Source of the DNA: a bacterium
GTDB lineage: Bacteria; Krumholzibacteriota; Krumholzibacteriia; LZORAL124-64-63
NCBI GenBank assembly: GCA_031441465.1
Contig: JANOEP010000046.1
Location: forward strand, 69,359-133,358
Reading direction: 5' to 3'
Length of the DNA stretch: 64,000 nucleotides
The stretch's first letter is position 1; each line of letters opens with the position of its first letter. Below the pieces are notes generated by a model. The model saw nothing but the letters and a program-made list of their open reading frames with translations, did no database searches and was not told where the DNA came from. Positions 29,501 to 36,691 of this stretch are shown one piece after another. The position numbers and the translations under genes are program-made.

Positions 29501-31454
29501 GGGCGGCGGGCGACGCCGTCCACATGCTCTGGCCGGGATCTCCGAGCAGCGTGTAGTTCAGGTACGTCCAGCGGGTGAAGCTGTTGGCCGGCGCGTACGC
29601 CAGCCAGGGCAGGCGGCTCGCGGTCATCAGGTCGCCGAGCCGGGGCTGGGCGTCGCACATCATGGCCTCGAAGAAAGCCTTCTGGAAATCGTTCGCGGTC
29701 GCCGGGAAGGCCGCCCGCGTGGCGCCGATCGAGGCGAAGGAGCCGCCGTTGGGGTTCTGCACGAACCGCTCCATGAGGCAGCCGTAGTCGAAGGCCGCCG
29801 AGGCGCAGTTCAGGGCGTACATCAGGAACGGCCGGGTGATGCCGTTGTGCAGGTTGTCGGCGTCGTTGATCGTGATGTTGGCGTCGCCCATGTTCATGTT
29901 GAAGAAGAAGCCGTGGCCGATCTGGTTGAAGACGTTGAAATGGCCGGTGTTCAGGCTGTCCAGCGCGGCGAGGCGGGTCTCGCGGACCGCCCCGGGGTAC
30001 ATCGGCTGGCCGAGGCCGTCCAGGCGGTCCCAGGCCTCGAACATCCGCACCGCCGTCATGTCCGTGCAGGGAGCCACGACTTCGTCCACGAGGGCCTGGG
30101 CGTATGTCGCGCCGTCGAGTGTGATGTCGCCCTCGGAGTTGGTGAACAGGACTTCGGCCGCGGTCAGGAAGCGGTTGGCGTAACCGGCGCCGGTGGCGGC
30201 GTTCTCGTAATTGAGGACCTTGGTCACGAAGGTGTTCACGTCCGCCACGGAACTCACCGGTGCGCGGCCGAAGGAGATGTCGCTGGCGACGTCGCAGTCG
30301 TCGCCGGGGTTGGATTCGTTGACGTTCGGCTCGCCGAAGTCGGCGTCCCCGTCCAGGTTCCAGTTCCCGTCGAGGCAGGCGAAGTAGAGGTCGGCCGGGA
30401 TCAGGGTCGTGCCTCCGGGCGGGTAGAAGTTGCTCAGCGCGTAGCGCGCCGGCACGACGTCCGTATCGCCGCCGAGCAGGACGTACTGGACGCCCCAGCG
30501 TTCGTAGGCGTCGCGGATGAACATGCGGACCGTCTCCTGGATGTCGACCCCGTGACGGTAGTTGGCCTCGATCCACTCCAGGGACTTGACGACGGCGGGC
30601 AGGCCCTGGGAAGTGCGGTAATCGGCCAGCGGCTGGAACGCGGCCGCCAGCGCGTCGCTGGTGATGATCAGGTAGGACACCGCCGAGCCGCTGAGGCTGG
30701 GCGTCTTGTCGGGGGAGAAACCGCCGACGGCCGTCGCGACGTCGGCCCCGTCCTCGCGGACGTACCCGGACAGCGCCTCGGGGTTGGCCAGGACGCCGGC
30801 GAGTCGCTGTTCGATCTTCTGGCGTTCGCCCGCGACCCGGCGCTGGCGCACGGCGACATCGGCCTGTCCGGCGGCAGCCGGCGCGGGCAACAACCGGATC
30901 TCGTAGCTCTCGAGCAGTTCGACCTCGCGCCACGAGCCGTCCGCCGCCTGCAGCGCGCGCAACGGGAACACCGTGACGGTGACCAGCCGGTACCCGTTCA
31001 TGACGTGGTTGCCGCCGAAACGCCCCCAGACGGACGGGAAGGACGTCTTGCTCCCGGGCACGACATCCTGGCGGCCGGGCACGCCCTCGCTGCTGAGCGG
31101 AGCGGCGGCCAGCGCCAGGTCCCCGGGCACGCGCAGTTTCCGCGTGGAGAGGGGCACGACTTCGACGGCTCCGTACGAGGTCGCCATCGGGACCAGCAGG
31201 GTCAGCGAGCGGCCGACCAGGTCGGGCCGACCGGTCTCCTGCAGGGGCTGCGTGTCGACCAGGCGCGGCAACACGTCCCCGCCCGGCTGCGTCGACCAGG
31301 CCAGGTCGGCCGCGGCGAACGAGCCCCGGTAGACGACGTCTCCGGCGGCCTGGGAGCCGGTGGTCGCCAGCAACGGCAACAGGACCGCGGCGAGCCCCCA
31401 GAGGGCGCGCGCGGCGCGAGGACCGACAGAGTCGTTGCGGTTCTTCCGATGCAT
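26565..31454 (-). CDS. Giant secreted multidomain protein: peptidase-C25 (gingipain/PorU-like) domain, FN3-like domain, seven FG-GAP/VCBS beta-propeller repeats, and a T9SS-type C-terminal sorting domain (Por_Secre_tail / FlgD-Ig-like)
   Basis: Signal peptide MHRKNRNDSVGPRAARALWGLAAVLLPLLATTGSQAAG. C25 motifs YLIITSDALAAAFQPLADYRTSQG, YVLLGGDTDVVPARY, IGHGFFFNMN and LNCASAAFD. FN3 region GYHVYRS...RYYYRVTCVD. Repeated DxDxDGxxE blades (VGDIDGDGEVEVV, ADLDGDGAKDIVF, IADLDNDGLKEII, VGDFDNDGRLEIV, ICDLDQDGYVNLVY). C-terminal sorting domain LMPNVPNPFNPSTTARLYV...GVYFLRAQ...KMLLVK. Start placed at Met75 of the track ORF; the upstream extension would include the promoter. Confidence 0.85.
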   Translation of the reverse strand: MHRKNRNDSVGPRAARALWGLAAVLLPLLATTGSQAAGDVVYRGSFAAADLAWSTQPGGDVLPRLVDTQPLQETGRPDLVGRSLTLLVPMATSYGAVEVVPLSTRKLRVPGDLALAAAPLSSEGVPGRQDVVPGSKTSFPSVWGRFGGNHVMNGYRLVTVTVFPLRALQAADGSWREVELLESYEIRLLPAPAAAGQADVAVRQRRVAGERQKIEQRLAGVLANPEALSGYVREDGADVATAVGGFSPDKTPSLSGSAVSYLIITSDALAAAFQPLADYRTSQGLPAVVKSLEWIEANYRHGVDIQETVRMFIRDAYERWGVQYVLLGGDTDVVPARYALSNFYPPGGTTLIPADLYFACLDGNWNLDGDADFGEPNVNESNPGDDCDVASDISFGRAPVSSVADVNTFVTKVLNYENAATGAGYANRFLTAAEVLFTNSEGDITLDGATYAQALVDEVVAPCTDMTAVRMFEAWDRLDGLGQPMYPGAVRETRLAALDSLNTGHFNVFNQIGHGFFFNMNMGDANITINDADNLHNGITRPFLMYALNCASAAFDYGCLMERFVQNPNGGSFASIGATRAAFPATANDFQKAFFEAMMCDAQPRLGDLMTASRLPWLAYAPANSFTRWTYLNYTLLGDPGQSMWTASPAALTVSVPASLPLGAQNVPITITSGGLPVVGARVVLSRSGDVYVWGDTDGAGQVSLNIVPVDTGSLTLTVTARNSARKVQSLPVTGTGAYIALQSMTVTDNGTGGTIGNGNGIAEAGETVAFTARFQDTGSGGAAGVTAVLSSAAAGVTILDGNAAVATIPSGGSANALDTFLVRFDAAMADGNHVTFTVVADNLPAGPWTSRWELVVKAPEVEAIALDWFDAPYGDNDGLLENNERVTVLMTLENFGAGRADGLAAVLRTSSPNVVLYDSLLTYPNLDLLQTSSGTALVSLKVLNVTLPYDARLVVTDSRGRRFVHSFKMTTPAVPTDLSSVTALGPDVIELKWTPVNQPGVRGYHVYRSQNAAGPFTRSNYDLLGRISYFRDTGLDLLTRYYYRVTCVDSFLVEGAASTVFAKSTSPSELAPFPLPFAVETSSHCAVGDVTGDHRLEIVMASDEVYVWTEDGQELFDGDNDSQTLGPITNLNARLSPMGVTLANLDGDPALEILCAERDLKLMFAYNADGSQVPGWPRSTGTMWVWAPPAVGDIDGDGEVEVVANNLAGRTLAWHADGTEVRDGDNNPATQGVLIDRSAVLPYDEWCRSAPALADLDGDGAKDIVFGTRYRTVATNLLLAYRHNGTQVPGFPITAGSGGNIMCSPTIADLDNDGLKEIIYISEEDSLRVVRQNGTRYPGFPRYFRSQSTNGDVTCPSPAVGDFDNDGRLEIVAVEVFGASSSSVHVVDTDVAGGTSGQTMSGWPRSVPGNTESSPVVGDLNGDHLPDVVFGIGGGDTESPNNIYAFSHAGVDLDGFPLTLGGPIRPAPVICDLDQDGYVNLVYGGWDLQIHVWDLPATYYPNEMPWPTFRGNYLRDGVFRFIATTPVEEAPPPAARLSLMPNVPNPFNPSTTARLYVPAGGEGPLSVEIFDVQGRLVRSLHRGPVAPGWLTVTWHGQDDAGRPQASGVYFLRAQRGAEGSTLKMLLVK

Positions 31455-31664
31455 GTCTCCCCCATGTCGTAAAGGGATGCGCCCGGCGCGGTCGCCGGAC
31501 AGTTCCTGGTCTTCATTTCGGCTCATGTGAGCACTTGCCGGCGGAACAGCGTCGCTCGAGTTTCCGCCGGCGTCTGGCCGGCGATCCGACTCGTTAACCT
31601 CGTTGCTCTCGCGTCCTCCCGGCAAGCGTTGGGGGCTGGCTGCGGCCATCGCCGCAGGTGAGGG

Positions 31665-31693
31665 AGTATAACGCAACCCGGGCGCGATGACAA
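31665..31693 (-). promoter_or_regulatory. sigma70-type promoter for the first giant gene (leader about 200 nt)
   Basis: Minus strand reads TTGTCA, a 17-nt spacer, then TATACT. A perfect 7-bp hairpin (CTGCGGC-gatg-GCCGCAG) lies at about +1 to +18 of the predicted transcript, and there are further GC hairpins in the leader. Confidence 0.45.
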
Positions 31694-31700
31694 TAGCCCG

Positions 31701-31718
31701 GACGGCGAAAACGCCGTT
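31701..31718 (-). terminator. Hairpin immediately after the stop of the second giant gene
   Basis: The TGA is followed on the minus strand by AACGGCG-tttt-CGCCGTC with no U-tract. It abuts the -35 of the downstream promoter. Confidence 0.35.
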
Positions 31719-34700
31719 TCAACGCACCAATGACATTTTCCCGACGGCTTCGCCCGCCGCGGAGCGCAACCGGTAGAGGTAGACGCCCGCCGGGACCGGC
31801 CTCCCGGCATCGTCCTCGCCGCGCCAAACGACGGCGTGGCCGCCGGCGGTCCGGACTTCGTTCAGCAAACGGCGGACTTCGCGGCCGAGCAGATCGTAGA
31901 CGGTCAGCGCAACCTCGCCGCGGAATCCCGCCGGCAACTCGAACTCGATGCGCGTGGCGGGATTGAAAGGATTGGGCACGTTTTGGCGGAGGGCCAGGAC
32001 CGCGCCCGGCAACGGATGTCCGGCGCCGGTCGCCGTGTCCGGCAGCGTCCAGACCCCCGTGCGCGCTCCGTTCGCGTGGAAGGTCGGCCACGGCATGTTC
32101 TCCGGGCTCCAAGGTTGCTGCAGGTCCCAGACGTGCATGGCCAGGTCCCAGCCGCCGTACACGAGATCCACATCCCCGTCCCGGTCGAGGTCCGTCAGGG
32201 TCGGCGTGGAGCGGACCGGCCCGCCCACGACCAGCGGGAAGCCCGGCACCGTCGTGCCGTCGTGCCGGAAGCCGTAGATGTGGTTCGGGGACGTGTCGGT
32301 GCCGCCGCCGATGCCGAAGATGACGTCGGGACGGCCGTCGCCCGTGATGTCCCCCACCAGCGGCGACGCCTCCGAGTTGCTCGCCAGCAACTGGGGCCAG
32401 CCCGCGATCACCGTGCCGTTCTTGCGGTAGGCGCAGAGGTACGAGGTGTGGCCGTCGACCACCTTGACCGCCACGATGTCCAGCACGCCGTCGCCGTCCA
32501 GGTCGCCGAGGGCGGGCGACGGGCAGGGGATGCCGGCTTGCCCGCTGTTCGCCGTGAAGGCCAGCGGGAACGGCGCCACCGCCTGGCCCGTCTCATCGAT
32601 CACATAGAGCTTGTCGTTCTCGGTGACGAACACGATCTCGAGCACGCCGTCGCCGTCGAGGTCGCCGGCCGCGGGCGAACAGATAGACGAGGACCAGGCG
32701 CCCAGCATGAAAGGCCAGCCGGCGGCGTCGACGGCGTTGTTGCCCAGGGCGTGCACACGGTCGGCCGCGCCGTTCATGTAGCGGGACACGACCACGACTT
32801 CGCGCCGGCCGTCGTGGTCGACGTCGACCAGCAACGGCGCGCCGAACTGGTAGGACTCGCCGGTCCGGACCTGGAAGACGCCGACGGTGGCGGGGTTGGC
32901 GTCGCCGTCGAAGAAGTCGCGGCCGTCGTGGTGCCAGACGTAGGTGATGCCGGCGGTCGAGGTGACCACGACTTCGGCGTCGCCGTCGCCGTCGAGGTCG
33001 CCGACGGCGGGCGCGGCCCAGTTCCAGGCGTTGATGGTGCGCGGCCAGCCGGGCGCCGTGGTGCCGTCTCCCTGGAAGACGTAGATGGAATTGCCGCTGC
33101 GGCACGAGGCGACGATCTCGAGACCGGGATGGGGCGTGAGGTCGGCCAGGGTGACGGCGGCCGGCGTCCAGGTCTGACCGATGCTGATGAACGGGCCGCT
33201 GGTGGCGGGGTTGGCGTCGCCGTCGCGCAGTTCCTGCCCGGTGGCGTCCCAGGCGTAGATGGCGTCCGCCGCGGTCACGACATCCAGGACGCCGTCGCCG
33301 TCGATGTCGCCGACCGCGACATGGCTGGACGTCTCGGCGTGCATGGCGATCGGGAAGCCGCCGATTTCCGTCGGCGAAGAATCGAGGAACCCGGTCGACG
33401 ACTGCCGGCCCTCCAGACCCGAGGAATCCTGGGCGGTGACCCGGTAGTAATAGCGGGTCAGGGCGGCGAGTCCCAAGTCCTGGAAGAATCCGCCGTGCAC
33501 GGGCTCGGCGGTCAGGCGCTGGAAGCCCGAGTTCGGCGTCGTCGAGCGGTACACGTGGTAGCCCGCGATGTCGGTGGCGGACGAGGGTGGCCACGAGATC
33601 GCGGCCGTCAGCGCGGCGGGGCTGGCGACCGACGGCAGACTGACCTGGTCGGGACGGCTGAAATCGAACTCGTGGACCCACGTGCGGCCCAGACCGTCGG
33701 CGATGTGCAGGCGGGCCCGGCGGCTGTTCGAGATGGAGTTCATGCTCAGCAGGAACTCGGTCGCCTGCTGGACCTCGCCCCGCGGTCCGAGCACCGGCCA
33801 GGACGTCGTGCCGGCCGTGATGTTGACGCCCGGCAGCCCCGTCTCCAGCCATCCGGTCAGGCCGGCCGCGCCGCCCCGGCCGTCGTTGCGCAGGTCGAAC
33901 CAGACGCGGATCACTTCGTTGACGTCGATGGTGCCGTTGCCGTTGCCGTAGGGAAAATCGTTCCAGCGCAGGATTCCGGGCGAGAGCGCCGGCGCCACGA
34001 CTTCCAGGGTGAAATCCTCCCGACAGACGGCATACCCGTCGGAGCTGCCGAGGGTGAAGAGCAATTCGGTCCGGTCGGCCAGGTCGCGGTCCAGACCGAT
34101 CAGCAGCGGCGCGCCGGCGGGACCGCTCGCTCCGGCCGCGAGCGCCGGCGCCTGGCAGGCGGCGACGAGCAGGTCGACGGCGGGATGCGCGCAGGCGAGC
34201 GACAGCGCGGCGGGTTGCAGCAGCGGGGCGTCGCCGCCGTTGCGCAGGACGGGCAGCACGGCGATCACTTCGCCGGCGTCCGGGAGGCCGTCGGCGTTGC
34301 CGGCGGAGCCGTAGGCGCCGTTGTCGAAGATCGTCAGCGTGGCGAGACCCAGATAGGGCTGACCGGAGCCGCCGACGGCGACGCCGCCCGCGTACGGGAT
34401 GCAGTCCGCGGCGGTCACGGTGAGGTCCAGGTCGCCGGCGCTGTTCGGCACGACGTCGAGCGCGACGGTGCCGTCGGCGCCCGTCAGTCCCGTGGCCAGC
34501 ACGTCACCCGCTTTGTAGAGGCAGACCCGGGCGCCGGCCAGGGACACGCCGGCCCGCCGCACCTCGATCAGGGCCGTCGACGGCCCGAGCGGCAGGACTG
34601 CGGGCGCGGTGACCGTGAGCGTCTGCGGCGCCGCGGTCCAGAGCTGCAGCGACGGATCGCCGAGCACCGCCATCGCCATCTGCGTCCAGCGTTCGACGGT

Positions 34701-36548
34701 GTTCTGCTGGGAGGCGGCGAGCCAGACCAGGCGGCTCGCATCCACCGCGGCGCCCGCGGACGGCTGGCGCTCGTCGAACACGGCGGCGTAGAAGCTCTTC
34801 TGGAAGTAGCCCGCCGTCTGGGCGAACGCCGCCCGGGAAGAGCCGATCGCCAGCACGGCGCCGCCCTGGGCGTTGGTCATGAACCGTTCCATGATGGAAT
34901 GGTAGTCGAAGGCCGCCGAGGCGCAGTTCAGGTTGTTCAGGATGAAGGCGTGGGGGCTGTTGACGAGGGCTGCCGCGTCGGTCAGGGACAGGGTCTTGTC
35001 GCCCACCGACATGTCGAAGAAGAACCCGTGACCGATATGATTGATGTAGCCGTACAACCCGGTGTTCATGGCGGCCAGCACGCCGGCCTTCGTCTCGGGT
35101 AGCGAGCCGGGCCACAGGGGGCTCGCTTCGTAATGCCTCGTGACCGGAACGTTCTTCCCTTCGAGCACCTCGGTGATGATCGCCTCGCTGTACGCGGCGC
35201 CGTCGATCTCGATCGGGGTTCCCGGCGTGTAGGCGCTCGGGAACAGGACTTCGCTGAGGAACAGGACCTGCGCGAGGTGCGGGCCGACGGCATCGCGCTC
35301 GTGGGCGAGGATCTTCGCCACGAACACCTGCGCCTCCGCGGCCGACCTGACCGGTGCGCGCCCGACGTGCAGTTCGGGGGCCAGATCGGCGCCGTCGCCG
35401 GGATCGTAGGTATTGAAGTAGGGCTCGCCCGGCGTCTGGTCGCCGTCGGCGTTCCAGTCGCCGTCCAGACCGCCGTAGTAGAGATCGACCGGGATGTGGG
35501 AGCCCGTGCCCGAAGGGTAGAAGGAGTTGTAGACCATCCGGACCGGCAGCAGTTCGACGTCGCCGCCTAGCAGGGCGTAGTCGGCCCCCCAGCGCACGTA
35601 GGCGTCGGTCAGGAACGAGCGGATCGTCGCCGGCAGATCCTCCCCCGCCGGATAGGTCGCCTGGATCCAGGACAGTGTCCTGACGACCGTCGGGAGCCCC
35701 CGCGCGGTCTTGTAGTCGGCCAGTTGCTGGAACACGGACGACAGTTCGTCGGTCGTGACGATGACCATGCCCACCGCGGGGCCGTCGAGGCTGGGCACGA
35801 GCGTCGGCGCGAAGGCGTCACCGGCCGCCCGGTCCCCGGAGACGGCCGCCGGTATCGCGTACGCGTCGCGGGCGGACGGGTTGGCGACGAGCCGCGCCAG
35901 CGCAGCCGGCTGCAGGTCCGCGCCGCCGGGGTGGGAGCGCAGGCGCACGGCGCGCGGCGCCGGGTCGTCGTCCAGCTGCAGCCGGATCGTGAAGTCCGTG
36001 GCCGACTCGCGCTGGTCCCATGGCTTGCCCGCAGAAGTGCGGCGCAAACGCTCGGGATGGATGCGGACCGTCGCCAGCCCCATCCCGTGCCACACGGCCT
36101 GCCCCGTCAATTCGCCCCAGGACGCCGGATACCTGTCGTCCGCCTCGCCGGCGACGTTCCCGGCGCCCGGCAAACCTTCCGACGAAAGCAACGGCGGGCA
36201 CGGGGTGGTGTCTCCCGGCGGCAGGGCCACGATCCCGTCGACCGGAACGACCTCGGCCGCGAGCGCGCGTTGGCCGGGAGGCAGCAGGATCAGCAGGTCG
36301 CGGAACGGCATCTCGGGCCGGCCCGGCGCGCGCAGGAACCCCGCCGTCACCGGCGCGCCGGCTTGGTCGACACCGGTCACTTCCAAAACCAGCTCCCGAT
36401 TCCCGGGGCCGGCGGCCCCCTGGGACGCTCCGACCGGGGCGACGGCGAAGCCGACCAGGGTCAGCCAGGCGAACCCGCGCAGCCGGTTCCGCCATGACGG
36501 ACCGGCTACCTCGAACCAGGGGCGGGACTTGGCGACGTACCGGTGCAA
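31719..36548 (-). CDS. Giant secreted multidomain protein, paralog (~45% identity) of 26565..31454: peptidase-C25-like, FN3, FG-GAP/VCBS repeats, T9SS-type C-terminal sorting domain
   Basis: Same motif series: MVIVTTDELSSVFQQLADYKTARG, YALLGGDVELLPVRMV, HIGHGFFFDMS, LNCASAAFD, GYHVYRS...RYYYRVTAQD, VGDIDGDGVLDVV / VGDLDGDGDAEVV / VDVDHDGRREVV / LGDLDGDGVLDIV / LTDLDRDGDVDLV, and a C-terminal LRQNVPNPFNPATRIEFEL...GVYLYRL...KMSLVR. The start is uncertain: the track ORF begins at a TTG with no Shine-Dalgarno sequence, so I chose the in-frame TTG at 36548 (AAGGA 10 nt upstream), which gives a signal-like GFAWLTLVGFAVAPVGASQG. Confidence 0.8.
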   Translation of the reverse strand: MHRYVAKSRPWFEVAGPSWRNRLRGFAWLTLVGFAVAPVGASQGAAGPGNRELVLEVTGVDQAGAPVTAGFLRAPGRPEMPFRDLLILLPPGQRALAAEVVPVDGIVALPPGDTTPCPPLLSSEGLPGAGNVAGEADDRYPASWGELTGQAVWHGMGLATVRIHPERLRRTSAGKPWDQRESATDFTIRLQLDDDPAPRAVRLRSHPGGADLQPAALARLVANPSARDAYAIPAAVSGDRAAGDAFAPTLVPSLDGPAVGMVIVTTDELSSVFQQLADYKTARGLPTVVRTLSWIQATYPAGEDLPATIRSFLTDAYVRWGADYALLGGDVELLPVRMVYNSFYPSGTGSHIPVDLYYGGLDGDWNADGDQTPGEPYFNTYDPGDGADLAPELHVGRAPVRSAAEAQVFVAKILAHERDAVGPHLAQVLFLSEVLFPSAYTPGTPIEIDGAAYSEAIITEVLEGKNVPVTRHYEASPLWPGSLPETKAGVLAAMNTGLYGYINHIGHGFFFDMSVGDKTLSLTDAAALVNSPHAFILNNLNCASAAFDYHSIMERFMTNAQGGAVLAIGSSRAAFAQTAGYFQKSFYAAVFDERQPSAGAAVDASRLVWLAASQQNTVERWTQMAMAVLGDPSLQLWTAAPQTLTVTAPAVLPLGPSTALIEVRRAGVSLAGARVCLYKAGDVLATGLTGADGTVALDVVPNSAGDLDLTVTAADCIPYAGGVAVGGSGQPYLGLATLTIFDNGAYGSAGNADGLPDAGEVIAVLPVLRNGGDAPLLQPAALSLACAHPAVDLLVAACQAPALAAGASGPAGAPLLIGLDRDLADRTELLFTLGSSDGYAVCREDFTLEVVAPALSPGILRWNDFPYGNGNGTIDVNEVIRVWFDLRNDGRGGAAGLTGWLETGLPGVNITAGTTSWPVLGPRGEVQQATEFLLSMNSISNSRRARLHIADGLGRTWVHEFDFSRPDQVSLPSVASPAALTAAISWPPSSATDIAGYHVYRSTTPNSGFQRLTAEPVHGGFFQDLGLAALTRYYYRVTAQDSSGLEGRQSSTGFLDSSPTEIGGFPIAMHAETSSHVAVGDIDGDGVLDVVTAADAIYAWDATGQELRDGDANPATSGPFISIGQTWTPAAVTLADLTPHPGLEIVASCRSGNSIYVFQGDGTTAPGWPRTINAWNWAAPAVGDLDGDGDAEVVVTSTAGITYVWHHDGRDFFDGDANPATVGVFQVRTGESYQFGAPLLVDVDHDGRREVVVVSRYMNGAADRVHALGNNAVDAAGWPFMLGAWSSSICSPAAGDLDGDGVLEIVFVTENDKLYVIDETGQAVAPFPLAFTANSGQAGIPCPSPALGDLDGDGVLDIVAVKVVDGHTSYLCAYRKNGTVIAGWPQLLASNSEASPLVGDITGDGRPDVIFGIGGGTDTSPNHIYGFRHDGTTVPGFPLVVGGPVRSTPTLTDLDRDGDVDLVYGGWDLAMHVWDLQQPWSPENMPWPTFHANGARTGVWTLPDTATGAGHPLPGAVLALRQNVPNPFNPATRIEFELPAGFRGEVALTVYDLLGREVRRLLNEVRTAGGHAVVWRGEDDAGRPVPAGVYLYRLRSAAGEAVGKMSLVR

Positions 36549-36631
36549 GGCTGGGTTGTCCTTCGGGCTGGTGTGTCCGGCAGGGCCGGGGCGAAACACA
36601 TCCGCCGGAAACCGCAACTGTCAACACGGTG

Positions 36632-36648
36632 GGTAACATCCCGTTACC
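36632..36648 (-). promoter_or_regulatory. Perfect palindrome GGTAAC-N5-GTTACC in the leader of the second giant gene (candidate operator or hairpin)
   Basis: Located about +10 to +30 downstream of the predicted transcription start. Confidence 0.3.
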
Positions 36649-36662
36649 GATTGACTTACTCC

Positions 36663-36691
36663 ATATTACCACGTGGGCCCCGACCCGTCAA
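36663..36691 (-). promoter_or_regulatory. Near-consensus sigma70 promoter for the second giant gene
   Basis: Minus strand reads TTGACG, a 17-nt spacer, then TAATAT. The -35 overlaps the stop codon of the upstream gene. Confidence 0.5.

Noticed and set aside
31455-31676. N-terminal extension of the first giant protein to the ORF-track start (1703 aa)
   Set aside because: The extension would start inside the predicted promoter. The signal peptide begins only at Met75 (MHRKNRND...), so I chose that start.
26280-35102. Very long plus-strand ORFs (26280..28856, 28953..31472, 31836..35102) and the minus-strand ORF 26365..30933
   Set aside because: They are antisense or alternative-frame artefacts over the two giant genes; their compositions are G/R/A/D/V-rich with no motifs.
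36617-36617. TTG start of the second giant gene taken directly from the ORF track
   Set aside because: It has no Shine-Dalgarno sequence and would give a 47-aa N-region before the hydrophobic core. The in-frame TTG at 36548 with AAGGA is preferred, though it remains uncertain.
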